A stretch of 63,839 bases of DNA, filler included, from Vannella sp. (GCA_023345925.1; 8 parts of 8 records of this genome joined end to end with filler, not necessarily neighbours in it), one strand, 5' to 3'; shown: positions 48,295 to 59,266, counted from the first letter of the whole stretch. Numbers and translations are program-made. Notes: generated by a model from the letters alone, not told the origin.

Positions 48295-48567
48295 TGAGAA
48301 CAGTGCTTGTGTCGAACGAGGAAGGACGCAGCTTATAAGAACTTCCCTGTACCCCAAGCAGGCATCTCCCATGATCTCGTGAGCATTGAGAGAAGCCATC
48401 AAAGTTGTTACAAACAAGCTGAATGGTGTGTTACTTCCAATGCTGCCCCTTATTCAGAGTCCGCTCACTTGAAGGGGTCTTGCTCCCATCATCCACTTCT
48501 CCAAACCAGCAACTCGCTCGAGCACAGCCCCACGCTACAGCCAAATAGAAGCTTGTGACAAGCGTAG
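48295..48567 (-). pseudogene. Inverted, decayed partial duplicate of the 41652-42314 gene
   Basis: TACGCTTGTCACAAGCTTCTATTTGG ... TTCCTCGTTCGACAC.AGCACTGTTCTC is shared with 41717-42024, with deletions, frameshifts and a TAA. Confidence 0.9.
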
Positions 48568-48795
48568 GGTACTCAGCGTCAAGTGGTCCGTATCTTGAAC
48601 ATCTATTGAGAGGGTTTGCGCATCCATTGAGACCTGGATGTCCCTCTGAAGACTTAGGGTCCACATTTCAAACCGATTACGATAATGTGGTGGCTCACCA
48701 CATGCCGATGAAGGCCAAGCCGAGACTTAGAACTCTGTCTTTATTATTCCAGACAGAGATGTTTCAAGGGCATTGGAGCTGCTAGGCTCGAGACT

Positions 48796-49078
48796 ACTTG
48801 CTCCGACTTTTGCTCCTGGTCTTACTCACTCCTGCTGGTGCTCTTGGTCTTGGTCACACTCCTGCTGATGCTCTTGGTCTTGGTCACACTTCTGCTGATG
48901 CTCTTGGTCTTGGTCACACTCCTGCTGCCACTTCTACTCCTGGTCTTGGACCTGGAGGGAGAGTAACTCTTTGTAACAGACCGAGGGAGAGTAACTCTTT
49001 GTAACAGAAACGGAAGCGGTGAGCATTGCTGGCAAAGAAGCGCTTTTGCTCCTTGATGCGCTTCCAGTTACCGAAAAG
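48796..49078 (-). repeat. Ser/Thr/Lys/Arg-rich coding-like tail: 30-bp tandem unit x3 plus a 28-bp duplication
   Basis: SRSVTKTKSI unit x3 at ~48825-48928; GAGGGAGAGTAACTCTTTGTAACAGA twice at ~48955-49008, which breaks the frame. Confidence 0.75.
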
Positions 49079-49178
49079 NNNNNNNNNNNNNNNNNNNNNN
49101 NNNNNNNNNNNNNNNNNNNNNNTTAATTAATTAANNNNNNNNNNNNNNNNNNNNNNNNNNNNNNNNNNNNNNNNNNNN
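49079..49178. other. Artificial contig linker
   Basis: N44-TTAATTAATTAA-N44. Confidence 0.99.
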
Positions 49179-49180
49179 GA

Positions 49181-49594
49181 GCTGAGAGAGAGCTTGTTTC
49201 GAATCTCCCAACCAAGAGGAATGCCATGATGGAGAGGGAATGCAACTCCATGAGGGCTTACCGGAAGGCTCTTTCAGTCTCACAGAGACAAAAGGCTTCC
49301 ATCGTGAAGATAACCAAGTTCCGTGTCGCCCTTCAAATTCCTGGTGATGCCTCAGAGCACTCCGTCAGTTACAAGCAGGCCCTCAGCATCGGCCAATCTT
49401 TCGTTCCAAATGATGAAGAAACTTGCACTGTTCTCACCTGGACAGAAGATGGCCAATCCTACCAGACTCGTCTGCAAGTTGGCTCCACAATGGAAGTCGA
49501 GTCCATTCCCACTCTTCACTCTCACACTGGCTGGCCGACCATCCAGCTGCGTTTGCACCCCAGACAGCAATCTTTGCTATGTCATTTATTATAA
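49181..49594 (+). CDS. 3' part of an unknown gene
   Basis: Frame open from the contig edge to TAA at 49594; no family recognised. Confidence 0.45.
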   Translation, partial: AERELVSNLPTKRNAMMERECNSMRAYRKALSVSQRQKASIVKITKFRVALQIPGDASEHSVSYKQALSIGQSFVPNDEETCTVLTWTEDGQSYQTRLQVGSTMEVESIPTLHSHTGWPTIQLRLHPRQQSLLCHLL

Positions 49595-50067
49595 ATCTAT
49601 TTTCCTGGAGAACAAACACACAGGGGAGGGGAAAGCCTCCATGCGATGAAGAAACTGGCGAATCAAAAGAGATTAAAGAAAACTGGCTGCAGAAGGAGAA
49701 ACATGAGATCATTCAAAGCGCTGATTCCTCACTGGTTCAAAAGATGCGAGAGCATTCTCCCCTGGGCTCACTTGTCATCTTTCCAAAAGAAGAACCATGA
49801 CATTCACTTTCCGAGCTGAGACAGTCCAGGTGTGGCACACGATGCAGCTCTGTAGATTCATGATGACCTGGTCTTTTAAGGCTTGGAGTCAGTGAGGGAG
49901 AAACCGGTCCTTACCTTCACTGACAATGAATGGTAAAGAAAAGTCCTCCGAGAGTTTCTCCAGGTACGTACTACCTGGAGCTTCTATCATGTCTTCATAA
50001 ACATAGTCTCAAGGGTACTGTGAAAGTGAGCAGAGCACTGCCAAGCTCAATCTCTCTTCATTGTTTG

Positions 50068-51201
50068 ATGGCGACTTGGGGACGGCTGGTGAGGGCGAGT
50101 TCTTTGTCTGGGCGGCGCTTTTGCTCGCTTCAAGAGGGGAGCAAGCAGCAGAACCTGTTCGGGTTGTTGCTTTCTTCTTTAGATCGACCTGCGCTGTGTC
50201 TACCGGATGGGGGAATGTCTCCCCACTTCCTGGACAGCCTCCCGCAGGGCAAACCCGCCAAAAAGAAGCGCTCCCGTCGCGGATCTCGTCGAAAGGCAAG
50301 GAACGAGGAAGTATCACCTCCTGCTGTCGAACTGGTAGCCGAAGAGAGCCTGGTTCAAGGTTATCTGCCTGATTTGAACGAACAAGTTGTCGTTCTTTGT
50401 AGAACGGGCGGCTCTGTGGATGATCTCACCGTTCTGCTCACTAAGATGAGAGAATCTTGTACTGAGATAGGTCTGGACAGTCTCAAGTGCCTGTTGCAGC
50501 TCAAAAGGGCGAACTTGGAGAACCTTTTGGGCCGTTTAGAGTCTCTTTGCCCCGCAGATGATCCTATTGGGGCTACGATTACCTTTTACCGATCTCTACA
50601 TACACCCTCGCCCAGCAAGGGAACATCCCGCATCCTCCAAGAGATAGCTAAGCGTCAAATATCACCAAATGCAAGTGAACTTCGCCTCCTTCTATCCGTA
50701 TGCACTCTCCATGACCAGCACGACAAGTCCGTTCGTGTAATAGAGCTCATGGTAGAGCAAAGCATCTCCCCAACTGAGGAACAAGTCAATATTGTCCTTT
50801 CGGGACTGGCAGGAACAGTCTCTAATCGCAATGCCGAGTCTCTGACTCAAGCCTTGGTCAATCTAGCAAGTCTGTCACCTTTGAACTCTGAAGTGACACG
50901 TGCAGTAACCAGTTCCGTGTCCACAGAGCAGCTAGACCAGTTCATTCAGCATTTTGTGGGGCGAAAGCAGTTCGGCACTGCCAGTAAGTTGGCGAAAGCA
51001 GCCCAAACTCTGCAGATATCACCTGGTAGTGGTTCATTAGAGGCTCTTCTATGCGCCTATTGTGAGCAGGGAAAGCAAAGAGACCCGCTCTTGCTCCTCC
51101 AAGAGATGGATCTTCACCAACTCCCCGTTTCCTCTCGCTCTATCCAAGCCCTGGTCTCTTCACTCAACAGAGCAGTACTGACTACTCACGCGAAAGGATA
51201 A
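50068..51201 (+). CDS. Mitochondrial helical-repeat protein, degenerate PPR-like
   Basis: Presequence MATWGRLVRASSLSGRRFCS; units M.EQSISPT, ALLCAYCEQG....L.LLQEM....P. Confidence 0.65.
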   Translation: MATWGRLVRASSLSGRRFCSLQEGSKQQNLFGLLLSSLDRPALCLPDGGMSPHFLDSLPQGKPAKKKRSRRGSRRKARNEEVSPPAVELVAEESLVQGYLPDLNEQVVVLCRTGGSVDDLTVLLTKMRESCTEIGLDSLKCLLQLKRANLENLLGRLESLCPADDPIGATITFYRSLHTPSPSKGTSRILQEIAKRQISPNASELRLLLSVCTLHDQHDKSVRVIELMVEQSISPTEEQVNIVLSGLAGTVSNRNAESLTQALVNLASLSPLNSEVTRAVTSSVSTEQLDQFIQHFVGRKQFGTASKLAKAAQTLQISPGSGSLEALLCAYCEQGKQRDPLLLLQEMDLHQLPVSSRSIQALVSSLNRAVLTTHAKG

Positions 51202-51237
51202 AACGAGTCAGTCTGCTGCTGCCAGCTTGCCAGGAAC

Positions 51238-52077
51238 ATGCTTGGCGAAGGGTTGAGGGAAGGAAAGTGTGGAGCCGTTCGCTGCTTCGTCGCCAAGGAT
51301 AAGGAAGGCGCATGCAGGAACATTGCTCTTCACCTGGTACAGCGCATGGAAGAGCACCGGGCTTCTGGCGCAGAGCGCCCTTTTGTTCTTGGGTTGGCGA
51401 CTGGTTCGACTCCTATTCCCATCTACCGCGAGCTGGCGCGCTTGCACAAAGAGGGAAAGGTTTCCTTCAAGGGTGTTATCTCTATCAACCTCGATGAGTA
51501 CTCTCCTATCCAACCAGAGGACGAGAACAGCTATCATCGCTTCATGAATGAGAACTTCTTCCAGTTTGTGGACTTTGCAGCCGACAGCAACTTCCTACCA
51601 GATGGCACACTGAAGGAGGATCAGATAGCTTCCCACTGTGAGGAGTATGAAGCCCGCATCAAGCAATACGGTATCGATATCCAGCTTCTCGGCATCGGTC
51701 GTTCAGGGCACATCGGTTTCAACGAGCCAGGGTCAAGCAGGGTTCGTTTCTCCGCAACCTAATGATAGACACTCTATCTAACTACTCAGTAGGACTCAGT
51801 TACGCGTCTGGTTCAGCTCCACAAGCAAACCATAGTCGATGCTGCACCCGCCTTCGGAGGAGAAGACAAAGTACCCTCCCAAGCTATCACCATGGGCATA
51901 GACAGCATCTTCCAAGCAAGAGAGTGCATCCTCTGTGCCTGGGGAAGCAGCAAACGCGAGATCGTGGCTCAAACGTTGACAACTGCGCCCTCAAGTGACA
52001 TCCCAGCGACCTTCCTGCAGTCCCACCCCAACGCTGTCTTCATCCTGGATGAAGAAGCAGCGCCAGAAGACGTTTGA
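51238..52077 (+). CDS. nagB: Glucosamine-6-phosphate deaminase, bacterial type; 1 intron
   Basis: VLGLATGSTP, NLDEY, SYHRFM, QLLGIGRSGHIGFNEPGS, AITMG, AWG, PATFLQ.H; intron ~51742-51792. Confidence 0.95.
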
Positions 52078-52148
52078 TACATGCCTGATGACGAGGATAC
52101 TGCTGGTTTGTTGTATTCGGGAGTGTTCGCGTGGGAGCGGGAGGTTGG

Positions 52149-52858
52149 TTAGTCTACCAACTCCGCAAAGGCTTGGAGGCTCATTCCCTCCAGCTGGTGG
52201 ACGAGATCATCTGCCTTGGCCTTCTCTATGCGCTCGAAGATGGCCGCTGGTGACGTCTCGAGGATCTTCTTGCACTGCGGGAGGGTTAGCGAAGGTGGGG
52301 AGGACGTGGGAGCCTCACATCAGCTAGAGAAAGCTTCTCGTCTTCAGCTCGCATCAGTTTCATGATCGGGAAGCGCTCTTTGACACCAGCAGGGACCTCT
52401 CTGATCACAATTCGACGGAAACCGCTGTCTACAATGGCGGGCGCTTCTTCCTTGGCAGCAGCACCGCCACCACCACCACCGCCTCCTTGCAGTGCTCCTT
52501 CGATGATAGAGAGGATGTCTGGGTTGAGACCCAGGCGCTTGCAGAGAAGGTGGTTCACTTGGAGGAGTTCAGGAAGGGTCAATGCGGTCATATCTGTGGT
52601 GAGCTGTTCGATTTGAGGAGAGATGGAGTCTTTAATGGTTCGAGGAGGTCCTCGAGCCAAAGCCTCCCGAAGATTGGGAAGAGGATCGCCATCAGCAAAG
52701 TCATGAGGATGGGGAACCTCCGCCGCTGTCATCATGCGCTTCTCCTCTGTTGCATAGCCACGAACGGAAGTGTTCGTCAAAGGAAACCAACTTCGCGCTG
52801 CTGTGCTCGTTCTCCATGCCCTTGTGGACGACCTCGCCAAGGTCAGCCCCTTCAGCAT
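52149..52858 (-). CDS. MRPL12: Mitochondrial ribosomal protein bL12; 2 exons
   Basis: Presequence, SPQIEQL..LTL.E...V..L..RLGL, Gly/Ala hinge, LSLADCKKILE..P..I......A..L...LE. Confidence 0.8.
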
Positions 52859-53042
52859 CCCAACAACAAATGACCTTCAAACACCTCAATCCCGCATACA
52901 TTGTTAAATCAAATTGTTCCCCTTTTTTTGAGTGTTGGGAAGAATGCCTGAAGCAGTTGGGCCACTGGACAGTTGACATCTCTCAATCGGAGATGGTGAG
53001 TGGAATAGTGCGTCTGAGAAGATGAGATGCTCATGGGTTGGT

Positions 53043-54881
53043 TTATGGGTGACAAAGGCGGGCGAGGAGGGCGCGGGAGCAAGCTTCTCGAGCTCCTTTC
53101 TTGGAAGTATCTTTCCTGATTTCGGTCAGAGGAGTGGGAAAGGTGCATGATCGATACGTTCTGGTGACCTGAAACCCTCCCGTAACTGAAATGCACTTCT
53201 CCTGGAGAGGGACTCTCGCTTTCTGGCAAAACTCATTCAGGCGAGAAGTGGCTGAGTTCTGGTTTCCCTCCAGGGACAGAGCTGCCAATCTCTCCATGGT
53301 TTCCTGTAGTTCGATGTTGTGATCATCGTGTTTCGGAATGTTGAGATCTCGCATGACTTCCCGTTGGACTTCTTCCACTCTCTCGAAGACAAGCACTGGA
53401 CGGTCGGGTCGCTCTTTCAAGACGACTAATGAGCTTCCTTCTTGGCGGGCACGACCTCGTCCTTGAACATGAGAGACAGTGTTCATCACGGCATCAAACC
53501 GGATAACACAATTGGCTTCCTGAATATCCATTCCTTCTTCTCCACAGCTGGTGCTGATTAACACGTTAGCTGTTCCTTTCCCGAATGCTTTGACATTCGA
53601 AAGACCTTCACTCTTGGAGAGTGAAAGGGATGCTGTTGCAGAAGATGCTGAAGCGTAGAGGCATCGACACTTCAGAGAGCAAAGTGATTCCTGGGATTCA
53701 ATGTAATACTGAAGAACATGAGTCATCACTCTTTGTTCCACAAACAAAACGCATCGGAACGAGCCACCAGGCTTCTTTTCTATCTCTTCTAACAAAGCAG
53801 ACTGTAAGCAACGAAATCTGTGAAAGTTCGTTTGGGCAGCTTCTTCCCGCCAGAAGCTTGACAGCGTTTGTCTAACTTCGGGGGGCCATTGCTGCCAGCG
53901 GTCATCAAGATGCTGTTTGTTCATTTGGAGAAAGGTAACTGTGGCTTCCTCTGCGCACTCCCAAGATACGACCAGAATTCGAGCAGCTTCATACCAGTGC
54001 TCAAGAACTGTCAGAAGCTGGACTAAGACAGGATTCTTCTCTCGCAGTTTCTTGGCGTATGTTCCCCATTCCTTGATAGGGGATTCCTTTGGAATCAGGG
54101 GAGATTGAAAAGAAGGCATCTTCAGGCTGACTATTCCTTCCATTGCGCGAATGCACCTCATCAACGCTAAACTGAATTCCGTAGCTTGTTGGCTCTCCAC
54201 CCGATTGAAGAACTCAGTCACCATCGCATGGCTCTTCCTAAAGCCGGGGGTGAGAGCACGTTTGGGATAGATCTCTTGGATTTGGATGCCCTGCTGGGCG
54301 AGCTTCTGAGGTTGTGAAGAGTGGCAACCATTGTCCTCGAGCTCCTCTTTCTCCGCTGTTTCCGTCTTTGTGATTCTCAGATCCTTACAAATGTTGAGAA
54401 AGTTGCTCTCAATATCTCTCCGCTCCACAGAGTAGGAAATAGACGCAGTAAGTCCTAGTACACGTGGGGCCTCTCCTGACTTGAGCAAGTGCTTGGCCAA
54501 AACTCGATAAGGATGTTTCTTCAGTGTGTGATGCACTTCATCGAACACCACCAGAAGGAATTGATCCCATTGTACGGAAGGACATCCTCTCTTAAGCTCT
54601 GCTAGAAACGCCGCGGGAGTACAAACGAGAACTTCAAATTCTTTCGGCAGCTTTTTCCCTCCTTGCAACTCCCCAACACGCTTCCCAGTGTGCGAGCGTA
54701 TCGCAACTGCCTGTTGCTCCACCAACTGCCGATTGGGAACGAGGAAAAGGGACTTTCCAGCGAACCTGGAGATGCACTCCGCTGCTATCAATGTCTTGCC
54801 AGACCCCGTTGGCAACACCACGATCGTGTTCTCCTGCATCGCAGCATTCACCATCCGCTCTTGGTAGTTCCTGAGGAGCAT
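53043..54881 (-). CDS. RIG-I/Dicer-family DExD/H helicase with a C-terminal dsRBD-like domain, intronless
   Basis: LRNYQ, LPTGSGKT, VFDEVHH..K.HPY, LGLTAS, LFVEQR, EEGMDI..AN.VIRFD, VQGRGRAR; tail ATSRLNEFCQK..SKKGAREACS..LL..L. Confidence 0.9.
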   Translation of the reverse strand: MLLRNYQERMVNAAMQENTIVVLPTGSGKTLIAAECISRFAGKSLFLVPNRQLVEQQAVAIRSHTGKRVGELQGGKKLPKEFEVLVCTPAAFLAELKRGCPSVQWDQFLLVVFDEVHHTLKKHPYRVLAKHLLKSGEAPRVLGLTASISYSVERRDIESNFLNICKDLRITKTETAEKEELEDNGCHSSQPQKLAQQGIQIQEIYPKRALTPGFRKSHAMVTEFFNRVESQQATEFSLALMRCIRAMEGIVSLKMPSFQSPLIPKESPIKEWGTYAKKLREKNPVLVQLLTVLEHWYEAARILVVSWECAEEATVTFLQMNKQHLDDRWQQWPPEVRQTLSSFWREEAAQTNFHRFRCLQSALLEEIEKKPGGSFRCVLFVEQRVMTHVLQYYIESQESLCSLKCRCLYASASSATASLSLSKSEGLSNVKAFGKGTANVLISTSCGEEGMDIQEANCVIRFDAVMNTVSHVQGRGRARQEGSSLVVLKERPDRPVLVFERVEEVQREVMRDLNIPKHDDHNIELQETMERLAALSLEGNQNSATSRLNEFCQKARVPLQEKCISVTGGFQVTRTYRSCTFPTPLTEIRKDTSKKGAREACSRALLARLCHP

Positions 54882-54996
54882 GACAGCTGCCTGCCAACAG
54901 GAAATGGAAAGGAATCAGAAAGGAATGGGGAAGCATGGTCTGATTGGTCAGAAACTGTTTCTTTCTCTAAAAGGAAGAAATCGGGGTTTAAGTCGG

Positions 54997-57900
54997 TTAA
55001 AGGGCCCAAACAGCTGAAAGGGAGGTGTCTGCTTTGTCAAAGAAGGGGAGAGTGACACTCTTGATCATCACATCACCGCAAAGGAGACATTCGGAGGCCA
55101 CCAATTCGTCGAGCTCGGCCTTGTGGGAGTCCATTTCGGAGAGTCCGGTGACCTTATTGGCCATCTCGCCTTCTCCAACAGTGTCCATCAATGTCTTGGT
55201 GGGCTTTACTTTGGTTACCTCAGCCTCTAACCACGAGATTCTTTGTTTCTTTTCCTCGTGCAAGTGAGTGGCCACCTGCAACCGACTTAGTAATTGTGCT
55301 TTCAGAGTGGCTTGGCTTTACCTCCTTTGTAAGGCAATCAGAGTGGTACACGTGAAGACATGGGAATAAGTAGAACACTCTTGTGAGTACTGGATACCCA
55401 CACAAGTCACACATTTGGTTCTGAGAGACAAATCCGTATCTGCGCTGGCGGTCAGATAACAATCGCAGAGAGAGAATGGTTGGCTTACTTGTTACGGAGG
55501 TTCTTGATGTCCCGACGGATAAGTACAGCAGAGCGAGTTGCTTCGTCCATCTCGTACTTGAGCTCTTCAATTCGTTCGTTGTACTCTTTCAGTGCGTTGC
55601 AAATCTCTTCTTTAAAGTCGTCAATGAGAGTGAACTGGGGGAAGAAGGGCAGAATATCTTCAATCTTGAGAAGATTATCTGCTTGGCTTAAGAACGCCAT
55701 TGCCCTGCCACAAGTGAGAAAGAGCATTAGGCCTGAAAGGGAGGGATAAGCTTACTCTTTGATGTTCTCTTCTTTCTCGACAACATGCCGGGCAATTCTG
55801 AGCCACAGCTTCTTCCGACGTTCGTCGTCATTCTGCACTTTTTGGACTTGCTCTTTGGCCAGATCAATATCGACTTTCAGACTCAACTCAACAGCTTCCT
55901 CGTACTCGTGCATAGCACTGTAGATGATAATACATGCCTCCACCTGATTGTCCTTGGCACAAGTGCGCAGAGCGTATTCTCCATCATAGCAAGGATCCTC
56001 TTTAGAAAGGAACTTGAGCAAGGCATCGTGATAGCGAGAGGTGGAAGCATAAAGGGAGATCAAGAAGTTGTGAACGGTGGGGTCCGAGTTACCAAGGACA
56101 TCGATCGCATACTGCAAGTAGCGGATAGATTGGTGCTCAGAAATGCCTGGAGGATTCTTTCTGGGATCATAACGCATCAATGCTGGAATGAGCTTGCGAG
56201 GATTCAAGTTATTGCCTGCGTTTAACAGTTCATTGACTGTCTCATAAGGGATCTGATTGAGCAGGACGGGTAGGAAGTTATAGAAGAGCTCCTCATTCTT
56301 CTGGAAGGGCAGTTGGAGCACTTTCAGAGCAGAGTACCAGTCTCGTTGTTGAATGTGATGGCTGACCACCATGTCAAGGTTCCCCATTTGGGTGGCAAAG
56401 TAGAGCAACTCTTCAATTCGGCCGTGGCTGGAGATAAGATTGTACGTTGTTGGCTCATTGAAGGACTCTTTGTTGGTTGCCAAAAAGTCTTTGAACTCTT
56501 CTTTCAGCAGAGTCAGTGTACTTGACTCTTTATCAGTTCCGAGGCGGTTGAGTTTGTCCAAGTAAATCTCCACCAGCCAAGTACACAGCAAAGTGCGCTG
56601 AGTGACATCAGTCTTGCTGAAGTTATCAAGCTTCTGCAGGAGATACGTCTTTAGCGCATCTCTGTGGTTCATACGGATGAATTTGAGGGAGATCTCCTCA
56701 AAGGATTGAGCAGTCTTTCCGTAGTAGGTAGCAGCATCAATGTAATTGCCTTTCTCAAAGCAATAATCGGCTTGGGCGGACCAAACAAAGTCCCTCTGCG
56801 TTGCTGTCTTACAATAGGCTAATGCTTGGTCATAGCGGCGCTTATCCAAGTAAAGCTTCCAGATGTTGCGGTCCTCTCTGCTTATTGTAACCTCAAAGAC
56901 CTGTCTGCTAGTGTAGGCCCAAATTGTGTGAGTCCGAGGGTCCTTGATAATGCCAAGGACTTGGCCCAATTGTTGGTCCGCACGGAAAACTTCCTTCCAA
57001 GTGACATCCTCGTTGAGTTGATTGATGGCCTGAATCTTATTGTCGTAGATGACAATCCAATGGAACTCTGTGACAACCAATGAAACAGGGTAGGAGACAA
57101 CCGGGGCTTTCTTGTCGGTCATCATCTCTGGGAAAATGAGAAGCTCCATTTCCTGTGACACACTGTCACCGGGCTGCTGGTTCTCAAAGTACATCTTTCC
57201 ATAGGAGATGCCTGGCGCAGTGAGCCACGCAAAGGCAGTGGGCAACTGATTAGGGTCGTTGTGGAAGAGTCGGAAAACACTATCTGGGCGATCTCCCAGA
57301 AGCTCCCTGAATCCTGGATTGATCACATAGTTCTCACAGACCTGTAAGATCCCATACTCCCGAGTAAGTCGACAGAAGAATGGATAAAGAAGCTCCACGA
57401 ACGTTCGCAAAGGTTGGTCCTCCAACAAACTGGTAAAAGCGTGTTGCTGTAGTGGCCATGATGAGTAGCTTAGTGACCCCAGTGCCATTGGGAGGGAATC
57501 TCTCCCAGAAGAGGCCAGTAACACTCGTCCCTTCGCCAACAGTGTAGATTGGGCGAAACGTCTTTTGCTTGCACTTGGCCAGCTGGCCCTGAGGCACGTC
57601 AATACGACTCTCATAGAGTGAACCAGTCGTTGTTCCGATGAGGAAGTTGGCTGTGGTCTCGGGGTCGGTGTTCTGAGTGTCCCAAGCAACGGATTCGACA
57701 ATAATGCCTTTCATGTCCTTCAGATAGAAGAGCTTCTTCTTCCAAGTGCCGTGAAGGTACCAATTGTTAGCTGTGCTCATAGAGATGATAAGGTGAGTGC
57801 CTGTGGGGTCAAGGAAGAGCTTGTAGATCTGCTCGTTCGCCTGGTGTTGGGTCACTGGGATGGTTGTAAGGACGTCTGGCTGCGCCAGATTCAGTCGTAA

Positions 57901-58243
57901 GATGTGCATATTGGCTAGCCCAATACAAATGATGTTGTTGCACACGCACTAGGACTCTGTTAGTCGTCCCCTCCGAGAACATGAGGAGGAACTGCGCACC
58001 ATGTCAACCAAGCCTTGCGCAGTCACAGGTTTGCAATCAACGGGAGTCATCTCAAAGATAGGATCATCTTGCTTCTCAGGGCGCTCTCTAATCTCATCAA
58101 TAAGCTGCATCAAACCCACGTCAGCTCTCTTCAACACGACACCACTACTGAAGACCCACGTTCTCTACGGTAGGAGCAGACATCTCTCTCCCAGACGAGA
58201 AGCTTCCGCTATTGAAGGACTCGAAGTCCTGCAACAACGCCAT
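54997..58243 (-). CDS. VPS18: Vacuolar protein sorting 18 (Pep3; HOPS/CORVET core), multi-exon
   Basis: KLFLDPTG.HL, TEFH, SFEEISLKF, KKLWLRIA, LLKIEDILPFFP.F..IDDFKEEIC, RING C..C...FYLFPC.H.YH.DC..ECLLCG. Confidence 0.96.
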
Positions 58244-58370
58244 CCAGAGGATCCAACGAAAAAATGATGCCTCTGACGACTTTTGCTGTTAAAAAGGAGA
58301 AGAATATAATAAATTGGAGGTTTTGTGAGAGTGGGAAGGGTGGGAGGGGTCATTTTATAGTGTCTTCGAG

Positions 58371-58931
58371 ATGGAGAAGGACCCAGCGCTGATTAAAGAG
58401 TATGACGAGAAGCTGACACCTGCGGAGGCTTGGGACGCGAATGCTGCTGTAACGGAAGATCCCAAGGCGATTGCCTTGACGGGGGAGGACGTTAAGCGCG
58501 AGATCTCCCGCTATGATTGGGAAGAGAGCCCGCAGCTTTGGAAGGCGTTTCTTGATCCTCGCAAGGTACCTTGCTTGCGTGAAACCACCATGGCAGGTAT
58601 CATAGGAGGCGCCTTTGGTATGGGCATGTCCACTTTTGCTCGGGGTAACTGGCAGAAGGCTGCTCGGCACTACTCTCTTGGGTTTCTCGGTGCCTCGACA
58701 CTGCATTGGTAAGATGAACCACTCTTGCCCTCCACCTCCTTTCGAGTGTCTCAAACGGAGGGCCTTTCTAGGCTCCTCTGCAACTTTGTCAACAGCCGAA
58801 GGAACAAGGTCATTCGAGCGACGATAACCAACCATCCACAGATCCGTTCAGAGAAGGAGATCATCCGCGAGGTTGATCGACGATACAGGGAGAAGCTGAA
58901 GACCGAAGACCTCTCGAAAGAGACTCCATAG
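58371..58931 (+). CDS. COX20: Cytochrome c oxidase assembly factor COX20; 2 exons
   Basis: VPCLRET.MAGI.GG, two TMs, GF...STLHW..C. Confidence 0.8.
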
Positions 58932-59165
58932 AGCTGATCAGGCTCTCTGTAACATCAACAACGCTAACTTACCAACAATGCTACCTATTTGCTCCCTCAG
59001 CGATCAAGTGTGCATGAAAAGGGAGCAAGACTAAGTCAAATTGGGTCTTGGACTGGAATTGGCCTTCCTCAGTCGATCATTCGCCTCAGGATGATGAAAG
59101 AAAGGTTTGAAGGGTTTCTGTGAGAGAAAACGCATTTGGAAAACCGCCAAGCACTCAACCTTCGA

Positions 59166-59265
59166 NNNNNNNNNNNNNNNNNNNNNNNNNNNNNNNNNNN
59201 NNNNNNNNNTTAATTAATTAANNNNNNNNNNNNNNNNNNNNNNNNNNNNNNNNNNNNNNNNNNNN
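59166..59265. other. Artificial contig linker
   Basis: N44-TTAATTAATTAA-N44. Confidence 0.99.
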
Positions 59266-59266
59266 G

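Noticed and set aside
48825..48928. 30-bp repeats as a CRISPR array
   Set aside because: Direct tandem units without unique spacers, codon-periodic, in a eukaryotic context with no cas genes.
49600..50050. Possible two-exon ~57-aa minus-strand gene (MIEAPGSTYLEKLSEDF..)
   Set aside because: Only one plausible intron supports it; it is short and has no recognisable similarity.
51238..52077. Bacterial contamination explaining nagB and other bacterial-like genes
   Set aside because: nagB has a spliceosomal intron and lies on a contig with VPS18, COX20 and MRPL12.
53043..54881. Calling the helicase Dicer or RIG-I outright
   Set aside because: No RNase III, PAZ, CARD or zinc-binding CTD, and no room for additional exons between the flanking genes.
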